Assembly: GCF_009914755.1 (NCBI RefSeq)
Contig: NC_060937.1
Origin: the human T2T-CHM13v2.0 reference genome, Homo sapiens
Length of the DNA stretch: 64,000 nt
Direction: 5' to 3' (one strand)
Of the stretch, positions 1-14,034 are shown one piece after another. Under the pieces are notes generated by a model. That model was given only the letters and a program-made list of their open reading frames with translations, was not told the origin of the DNA and made no database searches. The position numbers were made by a program, and so were the translations under genes. The stretch's first letter is position 1, and each line of letters starts with the position of its first letter.

Positions 1-600
1 AATACATATTTTGAAAATAATTTCATTCATATTAGCAAGAAAAAATAAGTTACTTAGGAAGAGTACATTTTAAAATTATAACTTATAAATAAATTTTTAA
101 AGCTGCATACATAGATTACCTAAAAATGTCAAAAATAAAATCTAATCGAGGCATACAATGAAAGTCTAGTCAAAAAAGACAAACTATGACAGGAAATATA
201 TTAAAGTTCAAACACAAATGAAAAACCAGCAGAAAAAAGAATACTGTAATACATATGTCAGCCAAGAAATAGTGTCCTAGACATTTAAACTGTGTGCAAA
301 AAAATAATGAAAATAAAGCAAGACAGCAGAAAAACAATGACAACCACAAAAAAATAAGGGCTAAGGAAAAAACTAAGCTTATGGTCACAAAAGAAAAATT
401 TGGTATAGGAATCAAGCTATGAAAATCTGTTCAAAGTCAGTGAAAGTATTAAACAATGCAACATGTTCAGGTAAAATCTTCAAAGTCTCATCAGTATGGG
501 AAGCACAAATTAAAATTCATGCATTAATGGTGGGAGTGTAAGTTGCAACAATCAATATGAAAAACAACGACATTATTTTGAGAGAAAGAAAATGCCTATG
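1..600 (+). mobile_element. Highly degraded old L1 (L1M-type) ORF2/3' fragment
   Basis: A-rich sequence with L1-like phrases (…AAAATAAGTTACTTAGGAA…, …GGTGGGAGTGTAAGTTG…). Confidence 0.4.
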
Positions 601-1105
601 TCTTATGACAGATCAGAGAGAGGAATTTAAAGTCTCTGAAGAAGAGAGGTACAGTCTCAGAAGACATGAAATCCAGAGTGACTTTAAATTCCTTTTCCAT
701 TTGTTGTTATCTGTCATTCTTTAACTGATACTCACATTTTGAAAAAGAAAATTGAATAGGGTTTTTTTTTTTGCCATTTTGCAAATCTCTTATTTCCTCA
801 TAATGATTTTAATTAAAGTCCAAATCCTTTCAGCTGAGTATAAGAAACACGTTTTCTACATATTGCTTTAATTTAAATATTTCTGATGATTATACAACAT
901 TTTTAACCAAAAATATCCAGGGAAATTGTTGGTTTTATAAAGTGTATTTCTGTTTCCTTGTAGCATTTATTCTCCAGACATCTACTTCATCTGATAGTAA
1001 TATAGTTATACCAGATTTCTCACCATTAATATTTTCCTGCAACATATATTTCCATGGAAGTTGTAGAACATTAAAAAAAACTCTGTCCTTGTCATTTTGC
1101 ATTAG

Positions 1106-1127
1106 AATATATATATATGTATATATA

Positions 1128-1161
<34 letters not shown>
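1106..1161. repeat. (TA)n microsatellite, interrupted
   Basis: Read directly from the sequence. Confidence 0.95.
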
Positions 1162-1649
1162 CACGCTGGAAGAAAAATCAAACAATTTGAGTACTAACAA
1201 GAGATCAAAAATTTAGATTTGTTGTGAGACATAATGACCCTGTGCTCCTAGAAAGAACACTGCTGGGCAACTACATAGAAACTACATAAAACGTTTATTT
1301 TTTTACATGACCAAAAGGAATGGTTGCTACATGAATGAGGTCCAAAATAATAAGAGAAAAATATGAGAAGTAAAAGAAGGGACAAGGAAAGCCTGTAATA
1401 TTGTATCTACTATTTCTCTTCTGGGGAGAGGAAGAGACATTCTCTCCCTTAAAGGTAGCCTTTGGAGTGAGAAGTATGTTATGCCCTAAGAAACGCAGTC
1501 CTGTGAGATGGTATCATCTCTGTGTTAACAATGGGAAATTTGAACATTATATACACTATTCGTATAGTTAATAATGGAAAGAGCTAGGATGGAAGCCAGG
1601 ATAACCTGGACAAATATCATGCCTCACTCAGAAATATAGTCCACAATTC

Positions 1650-2480
1650 ATGTATGCATTAATTTACTTCTTTATCAAATATGAGAGGCTACTAAGTAAA
1701 TGACTCAGCATTAATAGTCGGAGAAAACACAGGAAAAATAACAGAAAACATGCCTTCCTTCATAGAACATACAATTTAATAGAAAACTCATTTAAAATAC
1801 TCTGTGATAAAGTGTTTGAATAAAGTGTACGTAATCTTCACCTAAGGGCATCATATAAGGCTAGTGAAAGGAAATTATCCCTCCACAATGAGAAAAATTT
1901 GGCAAGGTGAATGAATCATGAATGGAAGTGGAAGTAGTAGTAAAAAAGAACATTTTGTACAAAACATAGCATAAAAGGAAATAATGGAGTCATTCAGGAA
2001 ATGAAAAACATTTAATTTTGCTATATAATAGATTACTTGCGGGATGCTTTGTAGAAGGCAGGAAATAAGGTTGGAGAGAGAAGCAAATGTCAAATTATTC
2101 AGGGCCAGGTAAGCTCTGTTAAAAACTTGAGACTTAATTTAAAAAAGCAAGACGGGATTTCCTGAAGAATTTCTTTATGCAAATTAAAACTTGATCTGAT
2201 TTGCATTTTAAATGATTCTTTGTATATGTAGTTTGGAAAATAGATTAGATGGAATTAAGTCCTAGTTATAAGAAAATAATTAAAAGAAAATTGCAGCAGT
2301 ACATAGAAGAAATTATGTTGGCCTAGACTAGCCAAGTGGCAGAAGCTTTAGTAAAAGTGTCGCATATGGTCACATGGAAAATAGAAAATATGGCTCATTA
2401 ACATGTGGATGTAGCTATGGGGACTCCCAGGTTGGATGCTACATATGACCATGGATTTCTTTTACTTGCTTGCATTAAGG
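1650..2480 (-). mobile_element. L2 3' fragment (degraded), preceded by a probable MIR at about 1500-1630
   Basis: Resembles the antisense L2 3' end (…TTTATCAAATAT…CTACTAAG…TGCCTTCCTTCATAGAACATACAATTTA…). Confidence 0.55.
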
Positions 2481-2962
2481 TATAGATGGAGAAAGATAAG
2501 CTGAAACAAACAAATAAAAAGCAACAACAACAACAACAAAATCAATGTTCAAGTAGAATTTAGAGGAAATATAAAGGAGCTAGGATGTTCTCTGTTCAAA
2601 AATAAATGATTTATGAAGTTTCTCCCAAAAAACACATTAACACTTAAGAAGTGGATTTAGTGCAAATGTTCAATAATCAATGCACTACAAAAAGATAAAG
2701 AGTAAAAGTATCAGGAAATTGAACTGTAAGATCTTTTTTGTCTAAATCTCAGAATAATTTAAGGTAGGAACAACATTAAGTATACTAAGGCTCATACATC
2801 CTTTCAACTAGACAAAGCACGTCTAAGATTCTTAATCAATTGACCATAGCACTGACTCTGAAGTGGAGGTAGAGGAAATTCTGTCTTGCAAAGAAAGGAG
2901 ACTGAGAGCAGGTCTTTTTCTAAATCAGTGGATGTAAACTTGGAACATAAGAAGGTATTTTA

Positions 2963-3315
<353 letters not shown>

Positions 3316-3559
3316 TTAAAAAGAGGAGTTTGTACTTCCAAACTTCTACAAGTAGGATGTTGGCTTGGATGAAATATCTATTCAGTTGCAAAGACCATCC
3401 ATTAACTAGGAAAATGGAAAGTAGAATCAGAACACGGAGCCAAGACCAGGAAGCAACACTTGACATTACTCAAGAAACTTCTGACATAGAAACCATGGCT
3501 GAAGAAACTCAACCCCAGCTGGATTTGATACAGGTGAACGGATCCTATACTTTTATCTG

Positions 3560-4222
3560 AAAGCAGAATTGGATGAGACATTTGGAGACAATGAGAGAAG
3601 TAAATGTATTTTCATGTGAGAAAAATATAAACATATTTTAGCCATAGGGTTCTAGTAAGTTATTTTTAGAGTCTCTCTTTCCTATTGAAAAGTGGAGAAA
3701 CTGGAAAAAAATAAATTTTTCTACTTTCTCTTCCATTGATTTTGGGCTGGTCTTACTGATTGCTTGACCACTGGAGTATGTCAAAAGTAACATGTAATAG
3801 CTACCAAGATCAAGGTGTAAATAGCTTTGCAGCTTAATAGCATAGACTTTCTCAGAACTTCCAGTCTTTGAGCCCTTAGCTACTGTTTAAGAAATTGAAT
3901 ACTCAGCTGAAAGACCAGGTAGAAAGGCCTTGAGATTACCTGGGTAGAGATAAGAGCCCAGCTTAGACCAGGCTGCCAGTCATCTTCACCAAGGCACCTT
4001 TCGGATAACAGAAACCATCTTGTAAACTTGAGCTCAGTAGCCAGCTGAATATTACTCAATGACTGTCCCAGATGACACCATGTGAAGCAGAAGAATTATC
4101 TCCTTGAGCCCTGCCCAAATTGTTGAGCTGTAAAACTATGAGAATAACGTAAGTTATTCAAGCCACTAAGTTTCAAACCATTAAGTTTTGGTGTGCTTTA
4201 TGAGCAGAATTTAGATAGAACA
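3560..4222 (+). mobile_element. MLT1 (MLT1H/F-like) MaLR LTR with adjoining internal end
   Basis: …GAGCCCTGCCCAAATTG…AAGCCACTAAGTTT…TTTTGGTGTGCTTTA 3' motif typical of MLT1. Confidence 0.65.
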
Positions 4223-4582
4223 ATATATTTTTTCCTCCATGTTCTTAATCTTGTATTTTTATCTTATTTTTTTTTTCCATTTTCTAACCTCTCACGTATG
4301 TTTAAACTTCTCCGAACTCGGGTGCCTATCTCCTTTTTTCTTCTGCTTACCTGCTAAAGCACAGTGCTGTTTAAATCCAATTATTTTACTACTTTGTGTT
4401 TTTCACGTACAGTTGAAATGTCTGTATTGGAAAAACAGTTACAAGACCAACAATTTCAAATTGTTCAAAATGCAGTCTTAAAGCTGCAAGAAAATTAAAT
4501 CACATGTCTTCCTTCTCTCATAGAGGACTATTTGATCTTTCATCACTGTCTTCAATCCTTTGGACACCCACCCTCAGAACAC

Positions 4583-4583
<1 letters not shown>

Positions 4584-4625
<42 letters not shown>
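4584..4625. repeat. (CA)n microsatellite
   Basis: Read directly from the sequence. Confidence 0.95.
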
Positions 4626-4630
<5 letters not shown>

Positions 4631-4639
4631 CATTCTGAC

Positions 4640-7600
4640 TACTAAGTGAGTACCTTGTTTTTTCTTCACTGAGGAAAGTGAAGCAAGGAAAAAAATAACT
4701 TCAAAGAAAGAAGACTACTAACTACATGCAGGAGTCTGCCCCAATATACTCTGCCTTTCCCACTTAACATAAGTGAAATATTGATTATCTTATTGAATAC
4801 CAAGCCACTGCTTTTAACCACATTCAACCCTCTAACTAACTCAAGGCAATCAGTTCAGCAGGTCTCCCTATTATCTTCTATAGGATCTTTTTTGTTTGTA
4901 TTATGTGTATGTTACCAAATGTATTGGTTAATTATTCATAATATTATTATTTTGTTCAACAAAGTAATGTTGCAGTGAGTATTTGGATACAAACAATTTA
5001 TGTGCACAAACGGTGATTAAAAGTATACTCCTTGACACTATTTATCAAAACTAAAATACATATTTTTTCAACTTCTATTTTAGGTTCAGGCAGTACATGT
5101 GCATGTTTGTTGTATGTGTATATTGCATGATGCTGAAGTTTGAGGTACAAATGATTCCATTATCCAGGTACTGACCATAGTGTCCGATAATTACTTTGTC
5201 AACACTTGTTTCCCTCCCCGCCTCCCCTAGTAGTTCCTGGTGTCTGTTGTTACCATCTTTATGTCATGAGTACCCCAGGTTTAACTCTCATTTTTAAATG
5301 AGAATATGTGGTATTTTGTTTTTTGTTCCTGTGTTGATTTGCTTAGGGTAGTGGTCTCTAGCTACATCCATGTTGCTGCAAAAGTCATAATCTCATACGT
5401 TTTTATGGAGGCATGGTATTCCATGGTGTATAAATACCACATGTTTTTATCCAGTCCACCATTGTGGGGCATCTAGGTTGAGTCCATGTGTTTGCTATTG
5501 TTAATAGCGCTTGATGAAAATGAGAGTACATGTGTCTTTTTGGTAGAATGATTTGTTTTCTTTTAGATGTATACTTAGTATTGGGAGTGCTGGATCATGG
5601 GGTAGCCCGCTTTAAGTTCTTTGAGAAATCACCAAACTGCTTTCTGCCGTGGCTGGACTAATTTACCTTCCCACCTATGGTGTATATGTGTTCTTTTTTC
5701 CTCCACAGCGCTGCCAATGTCTACTGTTTTTTGACTATTTTGTAACAGCCATAATGACTGGTGTTAAATGCTATCCCATTTTGGTTTTGATGCATTTCTC
5801 AGATCATTAGTGATGTTAAACATTTTTTTCATATGTTTGAGGCCCGCTTATATGTCTTCTTTTGAGAAGTGTCTCCATGTATTTTGCCCAATTTCTAATG
5901 GGACTATTTGTTATTTGTTGCTCAAATGTTAATTCTTTATAGATTCTAGCAGTCATTATGACACTGAAAAGGTATCTCCAGTTATATACATATCTATTAT
6001 AAATAAGATCATTCTCCCACATATCAACCAGATTATCACACAAAACACTGCTGAAAGGAATCATAGATGACATAAACAAATGAAAAAACTTTCCATGCTC
6101 ATGGGTTGGGATAATTAATACCACTAAAATTTTCATACGGTCTAAAGCAGTCTAAAGTTTCAATGCTATTCTTATCAAACTACAAATATAATTTTTCACA
6201 GAATTGGGACTAAACTATTCTAAAATTCACAGGGAGTCAAAAAAGAGCCTGAGTAGTCAAAACAATCCTAAGCAAAAAAAACAAAGCTGAAGGTATCACA
6301 TTACTGGACTTTACACTATATTATAAGACTACAGTAATCAAAATAGCATGGTACCAGTACAAAACCTGACATTTAGACCAATGGAACAGAATAGAGAACA
6401 TAGAAATAATGCTGTGCACCCACACCCATCTGATCTTCAACAAAGTCAACCAAAATAAGCAATGGGGAAATGATGATTTTTTTCTTTCTCAAATCATTTC
6501 CATCAATATAGAAACAAGTTATTTCTCATGTCTTAAAGTTTCACATATTTTCTTGACCACACATCTGTGCAATATACTGCCCAGTAATTTGCTTTCTTTT
6601 AACTCCTCCCAAAAGTGATTCTATGCTTACTGCCTCAAATTCCTTTTCTCCCATTCTCTCCTAACCCCATTTCAAATAAAATATTGTCTCATCATTCCAT
6701 AGCAACTGGTTTGATAAAGGCCACAAATTACCTCGATATTGCTAACCTAATGGTTAACAGTTTTCATTTTCTCACTAATCTGAAGTATATAATGTAGTTG
6801 ACATCAATCTACTTTCTACCCTAAAGTTTTACACTCGTGTTCTTTATCCTAGATTCACCACAAGTAAAATGTGGCTTAATTTTGCCAGACCACTGGAACA
6901 AAAGTTGTAGTTATTATGACACTGAAAATGTATCTCCAGTTATATATATCTATTATAAATAAGATCATTATCCCACATATCAACCAGATTATTATCACAC
7001 AAAAATTCAAAATATCATCTAATATAAAATTCACATTTAAATCCTCTAATTTGCTCTTTTCCCCAAATTATCTTATATCTGCTTTTCATCAGTCAACTTT
7101 ACTACTTCCATTTATCACTTAATTTCCAGGACTACACATTCTGTGGATATTTGTGTGCATTCATTGTTTGATTACTTTCAATTACTTTGCTAGACTTTCT
7201 CATTCTCCCAAAACTGGTAATGTTGGCCTACACCAGAGCTGATCATCATGTTACACTCATAACATTGGTCACCTTATCGTTTTTCTTGGATTCATATATT
7301 GCCAGAATGCTGATGGATACCACATTTAAAACTCAGAAGCTCAGAATTCTGTCTTAAATTCTAGACTCATTTATCTAAATATTTATGTGACCTCTACAAT
7401 TGAATACTTAATAGATTTCTCCAACACAACATGTCCAAATTGAGTTCCTCATTCCTATCTCCCACAAAATTTGCCAATATATTTGATAGCAGCCAGTTAT
7501 TGAACTGTTCATTCAAAAGTTTTAGAATTATCCTTTACTCTACTTTTCCCCTGTCTCTCCCCCCTTTAAAATATCAAGAATTTTTAATACTTCTATTTTT

Positions 7601-8790
7601 AAGTTATATCTATCACTGCCTGCTGTGGATCATTTTATTGTCAACTAGATTATGCAAAAAATACTTTTCATAGATTTTTCTTTCTCAAAGATGCAGGGTA
7701 ACAATAGGCTTAAAGGATTTCTTTTGTGAGATTTGGGGGAAAAAATGGAAGCAGCAGCCAGTGTTCTCTGAGGACATGTTAATTAATTCAGACAAAAGCA
7801 TATGGACTGGTAAGCTGTGTTTTAGCTTGCTCTTCCCATCACTGTGTCTGCTTCCTAATTTTTGAAGCTGTGTATCTCAGGCCATCACCAAATACTGCAT
7901 TTTTGACTCCCAAATATCTGCCATGGATTACTATACTCGTTGCTACTTTAAGGCCCCCACTAGAACCTCTAGATATGTTTTTCTTGTCAAATTAACTTGT
8001 CTGTGGCTCCTCCTAGTTTCTAAAACTTTCTTTAAATTTTTATTTCTAAATTTTCTCCAATAATTATGTAAAGCCTAGTATCTAAAACAAACCTCCATTT
8101 CATGGTTCATAGTGGTTCTTCTTCCCTGAACAATGGTGTCTGATAAACCTAATAACATCCTGAGTACAGCCTTTTTATATTCTTGACATCAGCCACAGTG
8201 TTTCTTTCAACATATGTTAAATTAGTAATTATTCTGCTTACAACCCTCCACTTGCTCCCATTTTTACTCAAATCCAAAGCCTATCCCTTCCTAATTGAGT
8301 TTCCTGTTATCTCACAGGACTCATCTCCTATGAATTTGTCCTTGCTCACTTTTTTCGATCTACACAAATGACTTCATTACTTTGTATAAGTACATTCCGC
8401 CATTTAAGAAATGTGTTCTACAATTTCCTCTGCATAGGTATATCTTCCCTCAGAAGAAAATTTGTTTATCTGTCTTAACCACTTTAAATCCTTGCTCAAA
8501 TCTCAATCTCTAAAATGGTCTTATTACTGACGAAAATACTCTGTGACTCCTAACCCCTTACTCTGCTCTCATCATTTGTAACATAAGCATAATTACCATA
8601 GATATAGTCTTTTATAACATAATTTATATTTTACTAATTTGTTATGATCCATGATTTATTGTCTGTCTCACTGGATCATAGGCTTTACATGGTTATGAAT
8701 GTTATAGGCATATCAAGCATCTGGAAATATGTTGGCTTTAGTATTTACTCAGTTGATATATGTAAAATAAATAGATGGGATAAGGCATTT
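4640..8790 (+). mobile_element. Fragmented L2, interrupted by the L1 insertion at 4894-6473, an L1MC piece (about 6830-7080) and an LTR-like piece (about 7700-8150)
   Basis: L2-like phrases continue across the interruptions (…CTCAAGGCAATCAGTTCAGCA… / …ATCATTTCCATCAATATAGAAACA…) and end in …CTCAGTTGATATATGTAAAATAAATAGATG. Confidence 0.6.
4894..6473 (-). mobile_element. 5'-inverted L1PA13-16/L1PB-type insertion: 3' part on minus (5063-5949), local filler (5950-6045), inverted ORF2 part on plus (6040-6473), putative 3' transduction (4894-5062)
   Basis: Antisense L1 3'UTR from 5063. Sense ORF2 (ACAAAACACTGCTGAAAG…AATGGGGAAA). Decayed TSD AGGATCTTTTTT / ATGATTTTTTTC. Confidence 0.8.
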
Positions 8791-9479
8791 AAGCAAGAGG
8801 AGAGGATGATTTTAAATCGTAAGCACTGGTGTTTAAGTTGAAGAGGAAGGTGTATTAAGGAAAGAAATAGTAGATAGGATAATCTGGGTAAAAATTCAAC
8901 AAAACCGCAATCCACCGCAACATGCTAAACAAGCTCATCAACTATGTTAACGTGGAATCTTGTTTTTGATACAAATCATCCCTGATTGGTAAATTTTATT
9001 TATTAATACATACAAGTATGTATCAGAAATTAGATCAATCCCTCATTGCCACCCCAAGAGAACTGAAAGGAAAGCCTATTGTCACATACAGAGAATTATC
9101 TTGTTAAAATATTGTAGAAGAAGAATAGTTTCAGCACATCCATGTCAGCACTGGATAATATCACTTTAAAATATGGATATTAGGTAAAAGCATAATTTAT
9201 ACTATTTATTTGCTATTCGTGTTATTGCTGTTGTTGAAATTCGTTTTGACTTTATACGTCTGTTCACTAGTTGCCTTTTCTTCATTGGAAATTATATATC
9301 TGTTTTATAATTATATAAATCATTCTCTATGTTATATATAGTTATATAAACAACATATAATTATATACATTATTCTCCAATTTAATCATACTAAGTACAG
9401 TATCTAAGAAATAGCAAAAAACACTAAAAATGATTATTGTAAAGGCCCATCATAATCTTATGTATGTGTAAATAAAAAA

Positions 9480-11175
9480 AAGAAATTCAGACACTTCTGA
9501 TTTCTGAGGCAAAATGTTAAGATAAACTGGAACTTGTCACTGCCATTGTCTAAACAAGATAAGTGTTGAACAACTTGAATGTCAGTACCTCTTCTTAGAT
9601 CTCTCAGACAAATGAGATCACAGACCACAGGAATGCCCTGAAAACTGAAGAGACAGATGTATTTTGAGAAGTATAGCCTACAAGGGGCAGAAGCCACTGG
9701 ACTAGTAAAACTTAATTTTTAATTGACAAACCACTTTTGGTGGAGTGTAGACTAATTTGAAAGGTAAAAAACTCTTGGGGACCAAGGTTCAGGAGAGCTC
9801 CCACACTTTCATGAATTTTTCCTCCAGAAATCAGTTGGAGAAATTTTACTTCTGGGTTTCCAGTGAAGATCAGAGAAAAATGTCTTTCTGCTTTCACAGG
9901 AAAAAAGGAAAAAGTAAGTAATTTACAATAAGCTCAAAGACAAAGCAATCATTTTCAAACACATCTAGAATGTTCTGTTCTTCACCTGTGCTCAAATAAA
10001 ACTATTTTACCAGAGCCTAACCCACACAGTGTAAGGGAAATATCCAACTTCAGTAGCAACTAGCTTTTTAGTCTCACCTAAGGGACAATAAATAAACAAA
10101 ACAACTGAGAAGCCCTTGTAATGGACATAGCCTGAGAACCCAGGCACACTGAAAGCCTGAGACCTAATCATAGGACTATAAAATGCTTATATTGCCCTCC
10201 ACCTTCATATCACACCAACAGATATGCTGTATGATAACAGAAAATGACAACTGAGTAAACTAACTCTGTAACTATTTAAGAGAACATTTCCAGGGAAAAT
10301 CAAAGACAATAGGGTTGACAAAAGTAAAAACACTGAAGAAAAGTGGAAATTTTAGCCATATAAACATAACTCCTCACCACTAAAGGAGTATTTACCTTGG
10401 TTCCTATTACTCCATGCAAATGGCTGGCATTCAACAAAAAATTATAAGACATACTAAGTCACAAGAGAAAACAGTCCGAAGAGACGAAACAAGCAAAAGG
10501 ACAAGACAGAGACACGGCGGAGATTTTGGAATTACCAGACTGATAGTTTAAAATAGCTATGGTGAATAAGCTAAGGGCACTAATAGGTAAAACAAACAAA
10601 CAAAGTAGACAAATTAAATTTAGCAGAGTTTAACTGAGCCAAAAACAATTCATAGATTGGACAGCACTCAGTACAAAAAGACGTTCAGAGAGCTCAGCTT
10701 CATGGTGTGGGCATGCAATATTTGAAGTCAGAAAACAGAATAACAGAAGTAAGTTACAGAAAAAGTTTGAATTGTTCATAGCTCCGAGTTTGCTTTATTT
10801 GGCATAGTCTGAGCAGTTGGCAGCCTATGATTATATAAAGCTTGACTGCCATGATTGGTTGAGACCCAGACACTTGTTACAAGAATATACTCTTAAGATA
10901 CATTGAAGCTTGTTTACATACTGAGCTTACAGTTTGGTACATAAGAATTCAAAGTATGGAGGCAGCTTTAGGCCAAATTTAACTACCTTTGACATGAGAC
11001 AAATGAAAACCATAAAATAACAAATGGGTAAGGCAAGCAGAAATGGAAACTCTACAAAAGAATCAAAAGAAAATGCTAGAAATCAAAAAGACTGTAAAGA
11101 AATTGAAGAATGCATTGCATATGCTTTCCAATAGATTAGACAGAACAGAGGAAAGAATCAGTGAGTTTGAAGATG
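9480..11175 (+). mobile_element. Old L1M 5'UTR/ORF1 fragment
   Basis: ORF 11043-11234 starts METLQKNQKKMLEIKKTVKKLKNA…RLDRTEERISEFED, the L1 ORF1p coiled coil. Confidence 0.75.
10586..10994 (-). mobile_element. ERV1 MER4-group solo LTR (MER57/MER93-like) inside the L1M
   Basis: Reverse complement starts TGTCAAAGGTAGTTAAATTTGGCCTAAAGCTGCCTCC. Confidence 0.6.
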
Positions 11176-11179
11176 TATT

Positions 11180-14034
11180 ACAAGCTGTTCAAATAAGGAA
11201 TATATGGCCTCCAAAATCTAAAGATGCCCACTAGGCATTGCACTTTTTTTTTGGATGTAAGATAGGCCAGATGCAACATATTGTTCTTCATCTTAGAAAG
11301 AATAACTGGACATGCCTCAATCCACTGAATTCCTAGATATTTCCCTCAGGGAGAAGGTCCCTAAACTTTTTCTGGAATCATTTCTCACCCTCTGAAATAC
11401 GAATTTCTTATGTCTTACCAATAATTTCAAATTTCAATTCAATTTCAAATGTCTTACCAATAATTCTAGTATAGTTGTAACTTCTTGTTCACTAGGTCTA
11501 ACCAGCATGAAGCCATCAATGTAACAGACCAGTGTGATATCTTATGGGGAAAAAAGGCAATCGACATCCTTATGAACTAACTTGATGGCACTGGGCTGGA
11601 GAGATGATATACCTCACAGTGAAGGCATTTTTCTGGTCATGTCAGTTGAAAGCAACATCCTTATGATGGTTCTTATTGACAGGAATGGAAAAAAAGGCAT
11701 TTGTCATATCAGTAGCTGCATACCAGATACAAGATGATCTATTAATTTACTGAAACAGTGAAGCTACATCTTATACAGCAGGTTTAACTGAAATAAACAC
11801 CTGGTTACATTTATGTTAATACACTGTCATTCTGTCTTTCTTGCGCAGTTCAAATAAGGGCGGTGAATGGGGATGTGGTAAGAATTATCAACTCAACATC
11901 TTTTAAATTATTGATGGTGGCACAAATCCCTATCATCCCTTCAGGGATGAGTGATTGTTTCTGCTATTTTCCTAGGTGGAAGGAGTTCTAGTAGTTTCGC
12001 TTGCCCTTTCCTACCCAAACAACCCTCACTCCCTAGGTCAGAGAACCAATGTGAGAACTCTGCCAGCTATTGTGTATATCTATTCCTACCATATTTTCAA
12101 GACTGGGAAAATAAACTTGCACATGCACTTTTTAAAATAAAATTTTAAAAAGACCGGGGAAATAACCATAGGATGGCTTCCAGAACACAGAAGGCCCAAT
12201 TTGAGATGGACCTGAGCTAAAACTAAATTGACCACTTGCTCTTCATAAGCCCCTACTCTGAATTGTGGACCACAGTGACATTTTGGGTCTCCTGAGATCA
12301 GTTCCAGTTCAGAGCCAGTATCTGGTAGTCTCTGAAAGATCTGATCATTTTCTTTTATACAATGCACAGTTACCCTGATAAAAGACCAAATGTCCTGTTG
12401 AAGAAGGCTGGGAGAAAGATTAACGGTATAAATTTTGGAGAGTATACTGAGTTCCTTTCTAATGAAGACAACACCTCTCCTTTATTCAAGGTATTTTGTT
12501 TCAGTAAACTGCCTCAAGTGTAGAAATCAATTGACTGGTCATGATTCTCTGTTTAAAATTCAGGTTAGACTTTTTTTCCTTTCACCCAGATCTTTTCTGC
12601 TTACACCGATAGAGTAAGAATTTAGTAGGCTTTCTAACTACTTCACTTTCAGGAACACCATGAGCAGCTAGCCTATGTCACAAACCTGTGTGACACAGAC
12701 TATTCTGACTGATATTTTTGGTCTGCTGACCATTACAGTAATTTTTTCCACTTGGACTTTGGAAGTTGTGTGCCTTCACTTGGCCCATGTCACTCCAAGA
12801 TCTAATTAATCCCTTTGATTTTAGGTTTTCTAATTCAGTGACTGCAGTTTCCAAAGTAAGTTCTGGCCTACAGAGGAAAATAATCATAGAGCCCTTCAAA
12901 GATGTCATGGCTACTCTCACGAATTCATTTTGCACAGCCATGTTGAAAAGGATATCTTATTTACACTTCCTGTGTGGTTGTGTATGTACCAAATGTCGAG
13001 TCCAACCTAACATTCCAATTTTCTTAAGGCTTTGAATCTCTTCATCTGCACTAAATCAAGGTGAGCTCAGTATCTTCAACTTGGTTACTCTATGCCATCT
13101 TTTGGTCTACATTTCAACCAATCAACCGAACAAATTATTACATCCTGTTTAACTCCATGAGCTGCAACATTAAATGCAGAACCCCTACTGAGAGAGCAAA
13201 TATCGATGAATTTAGCGTGGTTCAATTTCATGTTTCTTCTATCATCATCCCAAATGATTATGAAATTACTATTTCACAGAGTTAGTATCCTCTCCTACAC
13301 ATATTGCTTGAGGTTCTGATTTTTATACATTAGAAAACTCAAATAGTTATTTGCAGTGTAGTGTATCTTCTCATGGGTTACAATTTACATCACCCTTAGG
13401 GATCTGCTAAGAAGTGGGTCTAGTTATACACTTAGAAGAAAATGGGGATGTTGGAGTTGCATCTTGAGGATATTCAGCATTGTATTGCAAAGCCACTTTC
13501 TCAGGTGAGGCCACTGCAGTTTCCTTAGTCATTGTAGGTTAATTACCTCAGAGAGCAGTAGAGTATTTGTACCCATTAGGGATCTACAGGAAGCAAGCTA
13601 GTGACCCTGAGCAGCCAATGTACACTTCCAATATAAGTCTGAAGGCTAGCAGGCGAAAAACCCAAGAGGAAGCAGTGTTTAACTCCAAGACCAAAGGTGA
13701 ATAAAACAAACAAACAAACAAAAAACAAATAATATCCAAGCGCAACAATCATGCAAGAGAAATTCTATCTTGCTCAGTATCTGTGTTTTTATAGGTCTTC
13801 TGTTGATTTGGTGAGGGCTACCCTCACTGAATTCAGTGAGATTGCCCTTAATAAGGAAGGGTAATCTGTTTTACTTTTACCAATGTAAAAGGGCAATCTG
13901 TTGTACTTTTAACGGTGTTGTAAATGTTAATCTCATCCAGGAACACCCTCACAGAAACACCAAAAATAATGCTTGAGCAAATGTCTGGGCACCCCATGGC
14001 CCAGCCAAGTTGACAAATAAAGATAACTATCACA
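11180..14034 (-). mobile_element. ERVL (HERVL/ERVL-B4-like) remnant: partial MLT2 5' LTR (about 13575-14034) plus decayed gag-pro-5' pol; 3' half missing
   Basis: Minus-strand ORFs …PDTGSELELISGDPKCHCGP…VGAY (protease DTG) and …ETAVTELENLK…. LTR starts TGTGATAGTTATCTTTATTTGTCAACTTGG. Confidence 0.85.
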
